Shown: in pieces, positions 7,692 to 16,329 of the stretch
Layout of the letters: each line of letters starts with the position of its first letter
How positions within the stretch are numbered: the first letter of the stretch is position 1
IMG/VR virus record: IMGVR_UViG_3300019458_000006
Location: 1 to 64,000 of that record
Direction: 5' to 3' (one strand)
DNA length: 64,000 nt
Origin: a virus
Notes under the pieces: model-generated
What the model saw: the letters and a program-made list of their open reading frames with translations, nothing else
What the model was told of the DNA's origin: nothing
The model's database searches: none
Translations under genes and position numbers: made by a program

Positions 7692-10600
7692 TTTAGCGTC
7701 GCGGCGAGCCTCGGAACGAGCCTTGAGCAACCGTCTGAGGGCCTCTAACTGCTGGTAGGACCTGAGTTCCTCGGGGCTCATCTTCGCCTGTACTTCCTTG
7801 GGGATGTAGGTGTCGGAGTAAACCTTAGACCCCAGTCTCTTCTCTACCTGCTGGATGCGGTTTCGCAGCTCACGGTCCTGGCTGGCCGGAGAAACGTCCG
7901 TCCGGCGGAAGCCTGTTCCAAGGTTCACTGCCATAGAAAGCGGATCTTTGCGAGTATCGGTGAGTGTCCGCAGGGATGTCGCCACACCGGACAGGGGGCT
8001 ATTGCTGATGGCGTGCTCCAAGAAATCAGATCCAGGATACCGAACCGGACTATCCGTATCCGGCCTGAGTCCGGTCATCTTGCCGACGTTGGCCAGCGTG
8101 CGGCCAAGAACCGGATCTAGCGTCTCCAGATCGCGACCGCCGCGAGGCCCTTTCTGGAAGAAGCTCTGGCCGGTAATCATCTCCAGCGGCCCTTTGATGA
8201 CCGGGGAGGTGCGGCTCAGCGCCTCCAGGCCGACCTGTTTAAGACTGGGAGTGGCAAATCCAGCCGGGTCCTCAAATCCCAGCCCCAGTCCGGTCAGGTA
8301 GCTGGCCGATCCGTCTGGACGATTTCCTAGCGGAATACTGGCTGTCTCGGAGAGGTATTCGGGAGAAAGCTCGTCCTGGCGGTTTAGCCCAGCCACCGCC
8401 TGGATCGTACGGGACATGGCCCCACCGGGATGGGTAAGCAGCCTCTGCACCGTCCAGGGGAGGGAGTTTCTGCTGAACACATAAAAAGGCACAATCCGCT
8501 GCATGACATCCCGCTCGAAGGGAGCCATGGCGGCCTTCGAGTAGTCAAAGTGAATCTCATTCACGGCCTGGGCGGCAGCCTCCGGCGTAAATCCCTTCCG
8601 CTTTAAGTAGATGTACAGGCTGGCCCGGTTCTGATACTCCACCGCCCGGTTGAACTTGGCGTTGGTGGCCATCCAGGTGGCGGCCTTATGCCGCATGCCG
8701 GCTGTGGCACTAGCCACCCTCGGATGGACGCCTGGTGGCAAGTCGGTCTCCAGCATCTTCGACCACACCTCCTTCGAGGTCTGGCCAACACGGAGCGGAT
8801 TCTGGGGATAGGCCGGATGCATGGGCGACGGAGACCCGCCCAAGATGCTGGCGTGGGCCTCCAGGGTAGAGTCTGCGCCCATAATCCCCATCCGCTCAAT
8901 CTCGTCCTGAAAGTCCCTGCCTCCCCTCTTAGCTAATTTCAGGGCCTCTCGGTACGAACCGACGTAATCCAGGACATCTGACAGGCTCTCGATGTACCCG
9001 CTAACCAGATTGGCGTACTGGCCAGAGGTGTGATTGCGAACCCAAAAAGCCGGCTTAACTAGCACCATCCCCGGCTTAAAGTAGCGATTGACTGTATCTA
9101 GCGTCTTGGCAATCAGACCGGCCCATTCCGGATTTTCGTAGGTTTTCACCACGGCCGCTGCCGCGTTGACCAACTTGACCGGCACCTTGGCTGTCGCTAA
9201 CCGTTCCGGATTCAGCCCACTGATCTTCGAGAAGAAGGAAAGGGCCCGCTCCTGATCCATCCCCAAGTGCTCGAAGGCCTCCTCCAGGCCCACACCAGCC
9301 TGGCCTAGGTTCTGGCTGAAAGCCTCATGAATCGCCCGGAAAGAGGCGTTTCGCTTATGCGAGGCCAGGGTGTACCTGGCGTGATCGTTCAGGGAGGTGT
9401 TGTACAGCGCGCGAGCCTTACCGCCGGCGGACGTTTCCAGATACTCGCCGCTGATCCCGGCCGCCCGCTTCACCAGCTTCTGGAGATGCTCGTCGATGCT
9501 GACGTAGCCCTTCTCAGAGGGGTAGCCGAGGTAGCCCTGAAAATCCTGGGCAATGTGCCCGGCAGCATCCTTCCCCTTGTATTTCTCTAGCTTTCCCAGC
9601 GCCTCCACGAGGTGGGCCGGGATGTAGCGGATCTCCGGATCGCGGGCACGCAGGGAGGGATGCCCAGTAGGCAACAGCTTGTTCGTGTCGAGGGGGCCTG
9701 TGCTCTTTTCCACGCGGTAACGCGGGAAATGATATAGCGGCTTATGGACCCCGACGTCGTCCCCGGCCCCCTTGATCCTCTCCAGCATCTGCGCCCGGAT
9801 GCTGAGCTTGTCATATAGCGGATGAGTCGGATCGGCATCGGCCAGCCAGTTGTTCAGGCCAGTCAGCTCATCGAAGCTGCCGGCGTCACCCAGCTCACGC
9901 CCAGTTCCTCCCATCTCGTAGTGCCGCAACCAGAGCTCCTCTTTCGAAGACTGTAGATCGTCCACCAGCTTCTCGATCCCACCCCGCAGATCGTCGGGCA
10001 GGGGCCGGCCCTGGCCGTACTTCACCCAAGCGGCGTCCAAGTCCTTCGTCTCGGCCGCCAGGCGGACCATCCGGTCTAGCACGCGAGCGGATGGGGAGTG
10101 TAGATACCGCAGGTTGTCCGGTAGGTCTGCCGAACTGGCCTTAGCCAACTGATCGAAAGGAAACTTAACCGTGGCCTCGGCCATTGTCTCCGGGTTGGTA
10201 AAATGCACTTCTGCTCCATCATTAGCCAAACCAGTCACATAGCCATAATTGCCACGATCAGCGGCCTTTACCAAGTCACCCTCACTGAACGGCAGGCCGC
10301 TGGGGGCGGCGTTTCCTCCGGCCCTCATGATCTTGGTGAAGTTCTCGTTGATCGCTGCGAACTGTTTGCGGAAGCTCTGCTTCAGGCCGATGGCCTGTCG
10401 CTTGGCTGGCTGCATGTACTTATAGGCCAGCTCGGAGATCTCTTGGCCGTACTTATCGAACCTCCCGCCAGACGGCCCGTGAAATAGGCCCTTAACACCA
10501 CGCCCAGCCTCTCCGGCGGCGGCCGAGGCTAATCTCGCCCCAGGAATCAGGCCGGCCAGTGACCCCATCCCCTCCAGGAAGGCTGCCCCGCCCTCGCCAG

Positions 10601-11252
10601 CCCCCAGAGTGTAGGAGCCAAGCCCCGGAATCCACACATTCGACACTCCGCCCAGAGGCTGATTGACCAGCTCGTCGTAATTCAGACCCAGTTTGCTGGC
10701 GGCGTTCTTGGCGGCGGCGGTGCGAGACTGAATCGCCGCCTCATCGCCGTAGTTAATCGCCTCGCCTAAGGTCGTTCTGGCCCGGCTGGCATACTTACCG
10801 GCCTTCTGGCCGACTCCCAGCCGCCCCGCTGCTCGGCCAACCTTCGTGGCCACCTTCACGGCATCGTCCAATACCCCAGCTGCCCGACCGACCTTACCGG
10901 CCTTTGAGAGGGCTCCCATCGGGCCAGTGAAAAAGGTGAGCGGGTCCGTGGCGATGTCCACACCCAAGCCAGCCCACCAATTACCGTAAGTGTCCTCGCT
11001 GCCAATCGCACCGGCCTGGCGAAGCAGGTCCCGTCCCTCCAACCGACCCTCTCCAGAGAGGGGATGCTTTAGGGCGGCAAATGGATCTGCCCCGCCGATG
11101 GTGTTTTTAACAATCGATCCCGGAACACCCAGGATGTTGCCGGCCGTCTGGAGTCCGCTCAGCCCAATGCTTTGGGCCTTACTGAGGATCCCCTCCGGAT
11201 CCGGCGCGGCTCCACGAAGATCCTCCTGGGTGGGCTGCTTTTTCTTGGCCAC
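7689..11252 (-). CDS. large (1187 aa) virion-associated protein; possible internal/ejection or tape-measure-like protein
   Basis: Longest ORF in the window. The N-terminus is Gly/Ala-rich. I recognise no catalytic motif; the call rests on size and position in the late operon. Confidence 0.35.
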   Translation of the reverse strand: MAKKKQPTQEDLRGAAPDPEGILSKAQSIGLSGLQTAGNILGVPGSIVKNTIGGADPFAALKHPLSGEGRLEGRDLLRQAGAIGSEDTYGNWWAGLGVDIATDPLTFFTGPMGALSKAGKVGRAAGVLDDAVKVATKVGRAAGRLGVGQKAGKYASRARTTLGEAINYGDEAAIQSRTAAAKNAASKLGLNYDELVNQPLGGVSNVWIPGLGSYTLGAGEGGAAFLEGMGSLAGLIPGARLASAAAGEAGRGVKGLFHGPSGGRFDKYGQEISELAYKYMQPAKRQAIGLKQSFRKQFAAINENFTKIMRAGGNAAPSGLPFSEGDLVKAADRGNYGYVTGLANDGAEVHFTNPETMAEATVKFPFDQLAKASSADLPDNLRYLHSPSARVLDRMVRLAAETKDLDAAWVKYGQGRPLPDDLRGGIEKLVDDLQSSKEELWLRHYEMGGTGRELGDAGSFDELTGLNNWLADADPTHPLYDKLSIRAQMLERIKGAGDDVGVHKPLYHFPRYRVEKSTGPLDTNKLLPTGHPSLRARDPEIRYIPAHLVEALGKLEKYKGKDAAGHIAQDFQGYLGYPSEKGYVSIDEHLQKLVKRAAGISGEYLETSAGGKARALYNTSLNDHARYTLASHKRNASFRAIHEAFSQNLGQAGVGLEEAFEHLGMDQERALSFFSKISGLNPERLATAKVPVKLVNAAAAVVKTYENPEWAGLIAKTLDTVNRYFKPGMVLVKPAFWVRNHTSGQYANLVSGYIESLSDVLDYVGSYREALKLAKRGGRDFQDEIERMGIMGADSTLEAHASILGGSPSPMHPAYPQNPLRVGQTSKEVWSKMLETDLPPGVHPRVASATAGMRHKAATWMATNAKFNRAVEYQNRASLYIYLKRKGFTPEAAAQAVNEIHFDYSKAAMAPFERDVMQRIVPFYVFSRNSLPWTVQRLLTHPGGAMSRTIQAVAGLNRQDELSPEYLSETASIPLGNRPDGSASYLTGLGLGFEDPAGFATPSLKQVGLEALSRTSPVIKGPLEMITGQSFFQKGPRGGRDLETLDPVLGRTLANVGKMTGLRPDTDSPVRYPGSDFLEHAISNSPLSGVATSLRTLTDTRKDPLSMAVNLGTGFRRTDVSPASQDRELRNRIQQVEKRLGSKVYSDTYIPKEVQAKMSPEELRSYQQLEALRRLLKARSEARRDAK

Positions 11253-11373
11253 TTAACCTTCCTCCGTGAAGCGTTAGGTAGTATTTTAGCAGGAGATACC
11301 GGTGCGAATGGGAGGGGGCAACACTAGCTGGCTATGAGAAGTGCGACAACGAACCAGATAGCATTCCGGCACT

Positions 11374-11622
11374 TCACTCCCGGCTAGCGGAGGGCCGGGA
11401 TTCTGCTTGGATCAACCGATTCAAGTACCACTGGCACTTAGACAGATCCGCGTGCGTCGCCTGCTTGTGCGGGTACCGCCAGAGGTACTTCAAGCACTGG
11501 CCTCGGAGATAGGCCTTGAATCCATCCGGACCGAGAGCGGCCTGGATGGCGTCAATGCACTCGACCGCCCCTTGCCGGTAATGGCTGGGGTTAATCAGAT
11601 CCTTCTCGCTCTTCTCGCTCAT
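11374..11622 (-). CDS. DUF3310-family phage protein
   Basis: INPSHYRQGAVECIDAIQAALG...KYLWRYPHK matches the DUF3310 signature common in phages. Confidence 0.7.
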   Translation of the reverse strand: MSEKSEKDLINPSHYRQGAVECIDAIQAALGPDGFKAYLRGQCLKYLWRYPHKQATHADLSKCQWYLNRLIQAESRPSASRE

Positions 11623-11731
11623 CTTGTACTAGCTCCCTGAGTTTCCTCTCGAGGGGTGTGTATTTCGCCACCAGAAACTGATCTCTGGCCTCAAAATACT
11701 GGCGCAGCAGCTCACGATAGTAATCGTTCAT
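11591..11731 (-). CDS. 46-aa hypothetical protein
   Basis: Own translation: MNDYYRELLRQYFEARDQFLVAKYTPLERKLRELVQDEREEREGSD. It overlaps the start of the DUF3310 gene. Confidence 0.3.
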   Translation of the reverse strand: MNDYYRELLRQYFEARDQFLVAKYTPLERKLRELVQDEREEREGSD

Positions 11732-11778
11732 GGGACATCGAGCAGTGGGGTCTAGCGTGATGGTAAAGGGAGCTGATC

Positions 11779-12927
11779 CTACACTACGCCCACTCGTTCG
11801 GCCTTCAGGAACCTGAGAGCTGGCTCCAGCCGGTGAAAGGCCACCATTTCCTTGCGATCTGGATAGATCACCACCGTGGGGCAGGTGGGAACGGTGCGGT
11901 TAAATCCAAACTGCCGCGAATAGGCTGAGGTGATCTGGTAAGAGCCGGGGCGGAGGGCCACCTTCTCCTCGCCATGACCGTAGAAATACTCGCAGGCCCC
12001 CACGTGATGGTGGCCAATGCAGCCGATGTCCCAGTTCTCCGTGCCATGGCGATAGTACTGCTTCACGCAGTGGGTTTCATTGAAGGCGGAGTTCATGCGG
12101 TACTGATGCCTCAGGGCGATCTTGTACTGCTGTGAGCCGAGATTCACCTGGAGCAGGGCCTCATCGGGGGCATAGCACACCAGCTGCTTTTGCAGCAGCC
12201 CCGACAGCACATCCACTCCCGCCACCTGGTTCGTCCATAAATCGTGATTCCCACTGATCGCAACCAAGACCCGGTGAGCGAAGATACTCAAATACCACTC
12301 CAAGAGCTCGTATTGGTCCGAGGGCTGGCTCCGGGCCGCGAGAACGGCCGCCCGGTGCTTGAGATGGTTATCCGTAGCGTCCCCGCCCAGAACCGCGTAG
12401 CATCCGTCACTGGCCGCAATCAACTCGGCGTCTTCACGCATTCGCTGCAAATCGACGGTGTTGCCGAGCGAGATGTGCTGATCCGAGACGAACGTGACGG
12501 CGATTGGCCGGTCTCCGAGGTCCACGCTAAACTCGGCCATCAAGAGCGACTTCTTGATGTGCTCGGCATTATCCAGCTCGGCAGCCTTCCAACGGGACCC
12601 TGGAGAGGAGGACGGGGGAGCCACATAGGCTGAAACGACCGTGGGTCTCGCCCCCTCGGCAATCTTGAGCCGCTGCCGCAGGGCGGCGTTCTCCATAGCG
12701 AGCACGGCGTGCTCGCAGGCGCTGCCATGGCTGGCCATCTCCTTGGCCTCCAGAGCGTCTACGGGAGCCTCCAGGGCCACCGCGTGATTTTCCCGGTTCC
12801 AGGCCGCCATCCAGCACTGGACGGTGCTGCGTGGCTTACAGAGGACCTGGGCGACTTCAAAGACTCGTTTACCATCGGAGAACAGCCGAAAAGCCTGCTC
12901 CCTCTGCGGGTCGGGCTGGGGGGCCAT
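11779..12927 (-). CDS. HTH domain fused to a calcineurin-like metallophosphoesterase
   Basis: The N-terminus RVFEVAQVLCKPRSTVQCWM is HTH-like. The C-terminal motifs GGDATDNH, SGNHD and GHHH are metallophosphoesterase-like. Confidence 0.7.
   Translation of the reverse strand: MAPQPDPQREQAFRLFSDGKRVFEVAQVLCKPRSTVQCWMAAWNRENHAVALEAPVDALEAKEMASHGSACEHAVLAMENAALRQRLKIAEGARPTVVSAYVAPPSSSPGSRWKAAELDNAEHIKKSLLMAEFSVDLGDRPIAVTFVSDQHISLGNTVDLQRMREDAELIAASDGCYAVLGGDATDNHLKHRAAVLAARSQPSDQYELLEWYLSIFAHRVLVAISGNHDLWTNQVAGVDVLSGLLQKQLVCYAPDEALLQVNLGSQQYKIALRHQYRMNSAFNETHCVKQYYRHGTENWDIGCIGHHHVGACEYFYGHGEEKVALRPGSYQITSAYSRQFGFNRTVPTCPTVVIYPDRKEMVAFHRLEPALRFLKAERVGVV
12692..12737 (-). repeat. palindromic element copy A, inside a CDS and in frame (EHAVLAM)
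   Basis: The minus strand reads GCCAGCCATGGCAGCGCCTGCGAGCACGCCGTGCTCGCTATGGA. The 25-nt core GCGAGCACGCCGTGCTCGCTATGGA is identical to 49136-49160 and 52860-52884. Confidence 0.9.
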
Positions 12928-13088
12928 CCTAGCTCCAATCCTGATCGAAATCTAACAGATCGTCATCGGGTGCCCAGTAGGTAGGGTCTAGTTCCAGGTC
13001 CATACCACAGCCTCCCGCCCTGAGAAGCCGCTTGTGGGAGTATTCACCCTAGCAGAAAGCGTGGAAAAACATGGTCGAAAAAATAGTG

Positions 13089-13117
13089 TTGCGGAAAGTG
13101 CGGGGCGGGCTTATACT
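13089..13117 (+). promoter_or_regulatory. sigma70-like promoter (TTGCGG-N17-TATACT)
   Basis: -35 at 13089-13094, exactly 17-nt spacer, -10 at 13112-13117, inside an 830-bp ORF-free region. Confidence 0.5.
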
Positions 13118-13123
13118 TACTCG

Positions 13124-13261
13124 ACGGCCGGAGTTAGAGATCTACACTGCCATGAATATCTTCGCTATAATCGAAGCCTCTTCGCGTAGTGTGGGTCGCA
13201 GCTCTGGCCGGCGCGTCTACACGCTCTAGGCCAGCCTTAGGAAACTAGGGCTGGCCTTTTT
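13124..13261 (+). ncRNA. candidate ~140-nt small transcript (sRNA, or mRNA for a 25-aa peptide)
   Basis: Bounded by the promoter at 13089-13117 and the strong terminator at 13229-13261. It contains a 25-codon ORF (13152-13229, MNIFAIIEASSRSVGRSSGRRVYTL) with no convincing Shine-Dalgarno. Confidence 0.35.
13229..13261 (+). terminator. intrinsic terminator (12-bp stem, GAAA loop, T5)
   Basis: GGCCAGCCTTAG-GAAA-CTAGGGCTGGCC followed by TTTTT. Confidence 0.8.
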
Positions 13262-13609
13262 CGTGGACGTGCAGCCGTAGCCACGGACGGCCTACATAGG
13301 ACACTGTGGCCTGCACTTGTTCGCTGGGGAAACTCAGCGAGTCAGCGACCGAAGATGGTTAACGTGCCCGGCAAGGCCGCCATCAGCTGATCCCTCCCTG
13401 CACAACCCGGTGAGACCAGGGTGATATGGCAGGTGCGGCATAGGTGACCTATTTAGTCTCATCCGGCCGAGATGCGCGCCGAGGTTTACCGAGGCAAGCA
13501 TCACCTTGCTGACGAGTAGCTACGAGCCTTGGCGAGTAGCGAACAACGAGTCAGCCGTGTTCCCGTGTCACCCCTCACGGGGTGAATAGAGTTGGTGTAG
13601 CTATCCATT

Positions 13610-13636
13610 GAAGGAGGAGGAGAGGGGGAAGGAGGG
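13610..13636 (+). other. 27-nt uninterrupted polypurine tract rich in GGA
   Basis: GAAGGAGGAGGAGAGGGGGAAGGAGGG. A further GGAGGA lies at 13684-13689. Confidence 0.9.
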
Positions 13637-13754
13637 CGTGCCGGCAGGTAGCCCGACTCTCCCCGACGACTCCGAACTCCAGCGGAGGAGTGGTTGACAC
13701 GACGACGCTTAGCTTGGCCAAGTAACTAAAATCAACAGGGGGGGATGCTGCGCA

Positions 13755-14051
13755 ATGATACTGGCTGTTACCGGCCACAGGCCGGAGAAGCTTGGCGGGT
13801 ACGGGCCAGCTGTGGCTGAAAGGTTATTCAACCTAGCCAGCTCAGAACTCCAGGGGCTCCGACCGGAGTACGTGCTGACCGGAATGGCAATAGGCTGGGA
13901 TCAGGCCGTGGCTGATGCTTGCCAAGGCAGTGGTGACTTCTGGCTGGGTGACCGGCAGTCTCTTCTGCCATACTCCACCAGACAACTCTGCTCCATTCTG
14001 ACACCCAACAGGAGACCAATGACGGATGACAATGGTGAAATTTCCCTGTGA
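13755..14051 (+). CDS. SLOG/DUF1273-like protein (GHRP motif), short form
   Basis: The N-terminus MILAVTGHRPEKLGGYG and the segment VLTGMAIGWDQAVADA resemble SLOG-family phage proteins. The C-terminal part diverges. Confidence 0.4.
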   Translation: MILAVTGHRPEKLGGYGPAVAERLFNLASSELQGLRPEYVLTGMAIGWDQAVADACQGSGDFWLGDRQSLLPYSTRQLCSILTPNRRPMTDDNGEISL

Positions 14052-14376
14052 CATGTTTAAGCTCACCGCCGCCGGGGCGGTGTACAGTGCTATGCCAGTG
14101 GCTGAGGCAGTCTTGCCGCCGCTGGCGAAAAACGGGCAGTGGCTGAGGTTTTCCAACGGGAGGTGGCTCCGCATTGTAATCGTCGACGAAGACAAGCCGC
14201 TGTTTACGTCAGTACACCAATTGGAGGAGGTTCGCATTCCCAGGGAATGGAGCTGGGAGAACCTCGCTAATCTTCATGATGGCGGCTGGGTGCTCCTGGT
14301 TAAGCGACCCGACCCGCGGTATTTTACTGGGAGGCCCACATGCCTAACCCCTGGCTGGAGAACAAGCGGTTGGTAA
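14026..14376 (+). CDS. hypothetical protein
   Basis: 116-aa ORF overlapping its neighbours in operon fashion. Confidence 0.5.
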   Translation: MTMVKFPCDMFKLTAAGAVYSAMPVAEAVLPPLAKNGQWLRFSNGRWLRIVIVDEDKPLFTSVHQLEEVRIPREWSWENLANLHDGGWVLLVKRPDPRYFTGRPTCLTPGWRTSGW

Positions 14377-14600
14377 ACAACGGATATCCTCCCGCTCCTC
14401 CTTCTGAGGCCCCTCCCCAGGAGATCTGGACCACATCCCAGGCCACCTGTCTGGCGTGCCAGAAGATCCCTGTGCTCAAGGAGCTGGCCCACTTTACGAA
14501 GGGGCGATGCTTCGACTGCTTCATGACGGCTCCGCCGGAGCCACACACCCAACCTACGCCAGCCAGGAAAACTCAACCAGAGGAGGACCTAGGATGGTAA
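14340..14600 (+). CDS. hypothetical CxxC...CxxC protein
   Basis: 86 aa with CLAC ... CFDC. Confidence 0.5.
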   Translation: MPNPWLENKRLVNNGYPPAPPSEAPPQEIWTTSQATCLACQKIPVLKELAHFTKGRCFDCFMTAPPEPHTQPTPARKTQPEEDLGW

Positions 14601-14728
14601 GTCTTAGCCAGGAACCACTGCCTGGGCTAAGGCCACCGCTCGGTAGATACCGAGGCCTGGGAGTGTAGCCGCAAAGGCTACCAATGCACTAAGTTTTGTC
14701 GTCACTTGGAAATTATGAGGGTTTTCCG

Positions 14729-15055
14729 ATGAATTCCGAACAACTGGCGGGAGCGGCGAGGTACTGGGATAAGTTTTTTGTCGATGGCGGCGATCCAGAC
14801 GCCGCCCTAGCTGAGATCGAGCTGAGCAGAGACGATCTGTCTTACATTGCTGAGCAACGGGCCTTGAGAATTGCCATGGCCTTTAGAGGCATTCAGCCGA
14901 AGACGGCCATCACGGTCATGGATTTCGATCCTACTGAGGAGGTGGCTGTGGAGTTCATGGCGAAGGTCATTAAAGATGGGATCGTGATCGGCCTGCTTGC
15001 GGGCCGCAGGCTGTCGGCACCGCGCAGTGACCTTCGCCATGCGTCGAGTAACTAG
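14729..15055 (+). CDS. hypothetical protein
   Basis: ATG at 14729 preceded by GAGGG. The track's 14696 start is a TTG. Confidence 0.55.
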   Translation: MNSEQLAGAARYWDKFFVDGGDPDAALAEIELSRDDLSYIAEQRALRIAMAFRGIQPKTAITVMDFDPTEEVAVEFMAKVIKDGIVIGLLAGRRLSAPRSDLRHASSN

Positions 15056-15091
15056 ATTGCCCAGACTACTAAAAACCAGGATTCATAATCC

Positions 15092-15286
15092 ATGAAACAC
15101 TACACAGCAGTATTCAAAGGGGTTGGCATCGACAGCCAGTCGATTGAGATCAATCAGCGGGCCGATGGTAGCGTCTACGTTTCCTTTCAGAGGACCGATG
15201 AAGGCCATGTGAGTCTGGAGATCACGGACCTGTTGGAAATCGTGAATCATGCCCTGGAGATGCAAAATGCTGCCACCCGCAGCTAG
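15092..15286 (+). CDS. hypothetical small protein
   Basis: 64-aa ORF. Confidence 0.5.
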   Translation: MKHYTAVFKGVGIDSQSIEINQRADGSVYVSFQRTDEGHVSLEITDLLEIVNHALEMQNAATRS

Positions 15287-15548
15287 GGTCATCGCATACA
15301 AACACGCCTTCGCTCCTGGCACTTGTTACTGCGACTGGCTGAACCGGCCCTGCGGCCCGCAAGCAGGCCCGGTTATCTTCGACACGCTGGGGGCTATCTT
15401 CTGGGCCTACCGGAGCCAGCCCGTCGAGAATCGACATCTAGCCGCCAAACGGGTTTTCTCCATCTGTAAGGCCCGCTACGGCCACGCACGGATAGGCCAG
15501 TTGGACTGGGAGGAGGCGTGTGACCTGTTAAGGGATGCGGATGCCTAA
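15249..15548 (+). CDS. hypothetical protein
   Basis: 99-aa ORF. Confidence 0.5.
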   Translation: MPWRCKMLPPAARVIAYKHAFAPGTCYCDWLNRPCGPQAGPVIFDTLGAIFWAYRSQPVENRHLAAKRVFSICKARYGHARIGQLDWEEACDLLRDADA

Positions 15549-15593
15549 CCAACCACCCGTAACTACCAATGAAGAAAGAGGCAAAGCAACAAG

Positions 15594-16089
15594 ATGCGAC
15601 ACATACTGCCGATTAGCGGGAAGGACTCAGCGGCGACCGCACTTGTGCAATTAGCGCGTGCGCCTGAGAGGATGTCATTGCTGAACAGAACATGTTGCCA
15701 AGCCAGGGGCGACGGTTTGGCACTAAGTACGGCAAGATTTTCCCCATCCGAGACTTCATTGGCGATGATGATGCTGTTCAGTACCTTGGCATTCGTGCCG
15801 ACGAAGATAGGACCGGATGGTTTGGCCCGGCCAACATCACTCCCCAGTACCCAGTGGTCGAAATGGGCATCGCCATTCAGCACGTTTATCAAATCCTTGA
15901 GCATCGCGGCATCGTCCCGCCATCGTTCTTTTGGTAGAGGCTTTATGATGCCGTAACTGATGGGATTGGAGATTCTGCGCTGGCGATCATTGACACCATG
16001 AAACCGTGGACCAAGGCCATGTTGTTTGCGTGGCGATCACGCAGCAATTGCTTCAACCGCGCTGAGAAAGAAGCTGGTAGGAAACCATC
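15594..16089 (+). pseudogene. PP-loop ATPase / PAPS-reductase-like gene broken by a frameshift and an in-frame TAG
   Basis: Frame 0 gives MRHILPISGKDSAATAL (SGxDS PP-loop). After about 15665 the sense continues in another frame (..LGIRADEDR.., PAPS-reductase-like) up to the TAG at 15935-15937. It then continues as RLYDAVTD...FAWRSRSNCFN. Confidence 0.45.
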
Positions 16090-16305
16090 ATGACCGACAC
16101 CCTCACACTGCTGATTCAATGCCCGTGCGGCTATTACGACGAAATCCCCGGCGTGCGGCCGGACGACCCAGCCCACGCTAGGTATCTGGCCCGCAGCAAT
16201 GGCTGGGTCAAGCCGCGAATCAACGCCGCCCCGCTGGACGCCGCGGGCCGAATCACTGCCAAGGGGCAATGCCGCGAGTGCTACATCCTCTACTTCGAAG
16301 GTTAA
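16090..16305 (+). CDS. Zn-ribbon-like small protein
   Basis: 71 aa with CPCG ... CRECY. Confidence 0.55.
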   Translation: MTDTLTLLIQCPCGYYDEIPGVRPDDPAHARYLARSNGWVKPRINAAPLDAAGRITAKGQCRECYILYFEG

Positions 16306-16329
16306 ACACCAATTCAGGAATCAGAATCA

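Noticed and set aside
13638-13697. 19-codon GTG ORF directly after the AGGAGG-rich tract.
   Set aside because: The GTG is only 2 nt from the nearest AGGAGG, too close for initiation. I found no other support.
13575-13778. 67-aa minus-strand ORF in the large non-coding region.
   Set aside because: It has no Shine-Dalgarno, reads through the polypyrimidine complement of the purine tract (PPLLLL), and overlaps the start of the plus-strand gene at 13755.
15935-15937. TAG reassignment (amber recoding) as the explanation for the in-frame TAG in the PP-loop gene, given a nearby phage tRNA-like gene.
   Set aside because: TAG is used as the genuine stop of well-supported genes (for example the 1187-aa gene at 7689-7691 and the HTH gene at 44064-44066). 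The tRNA-like gene has GUG, not CUA, at the anticodon position.
15943-16269. 108-aa minus-strand ORF in the accessory island.
   Set aside because: It overlaps the plus-strand Zn-ribbon gene and the tail of the PP-loop pseudogene. It would be the only leftward gene in the island and has no Shine-Dalgarno.
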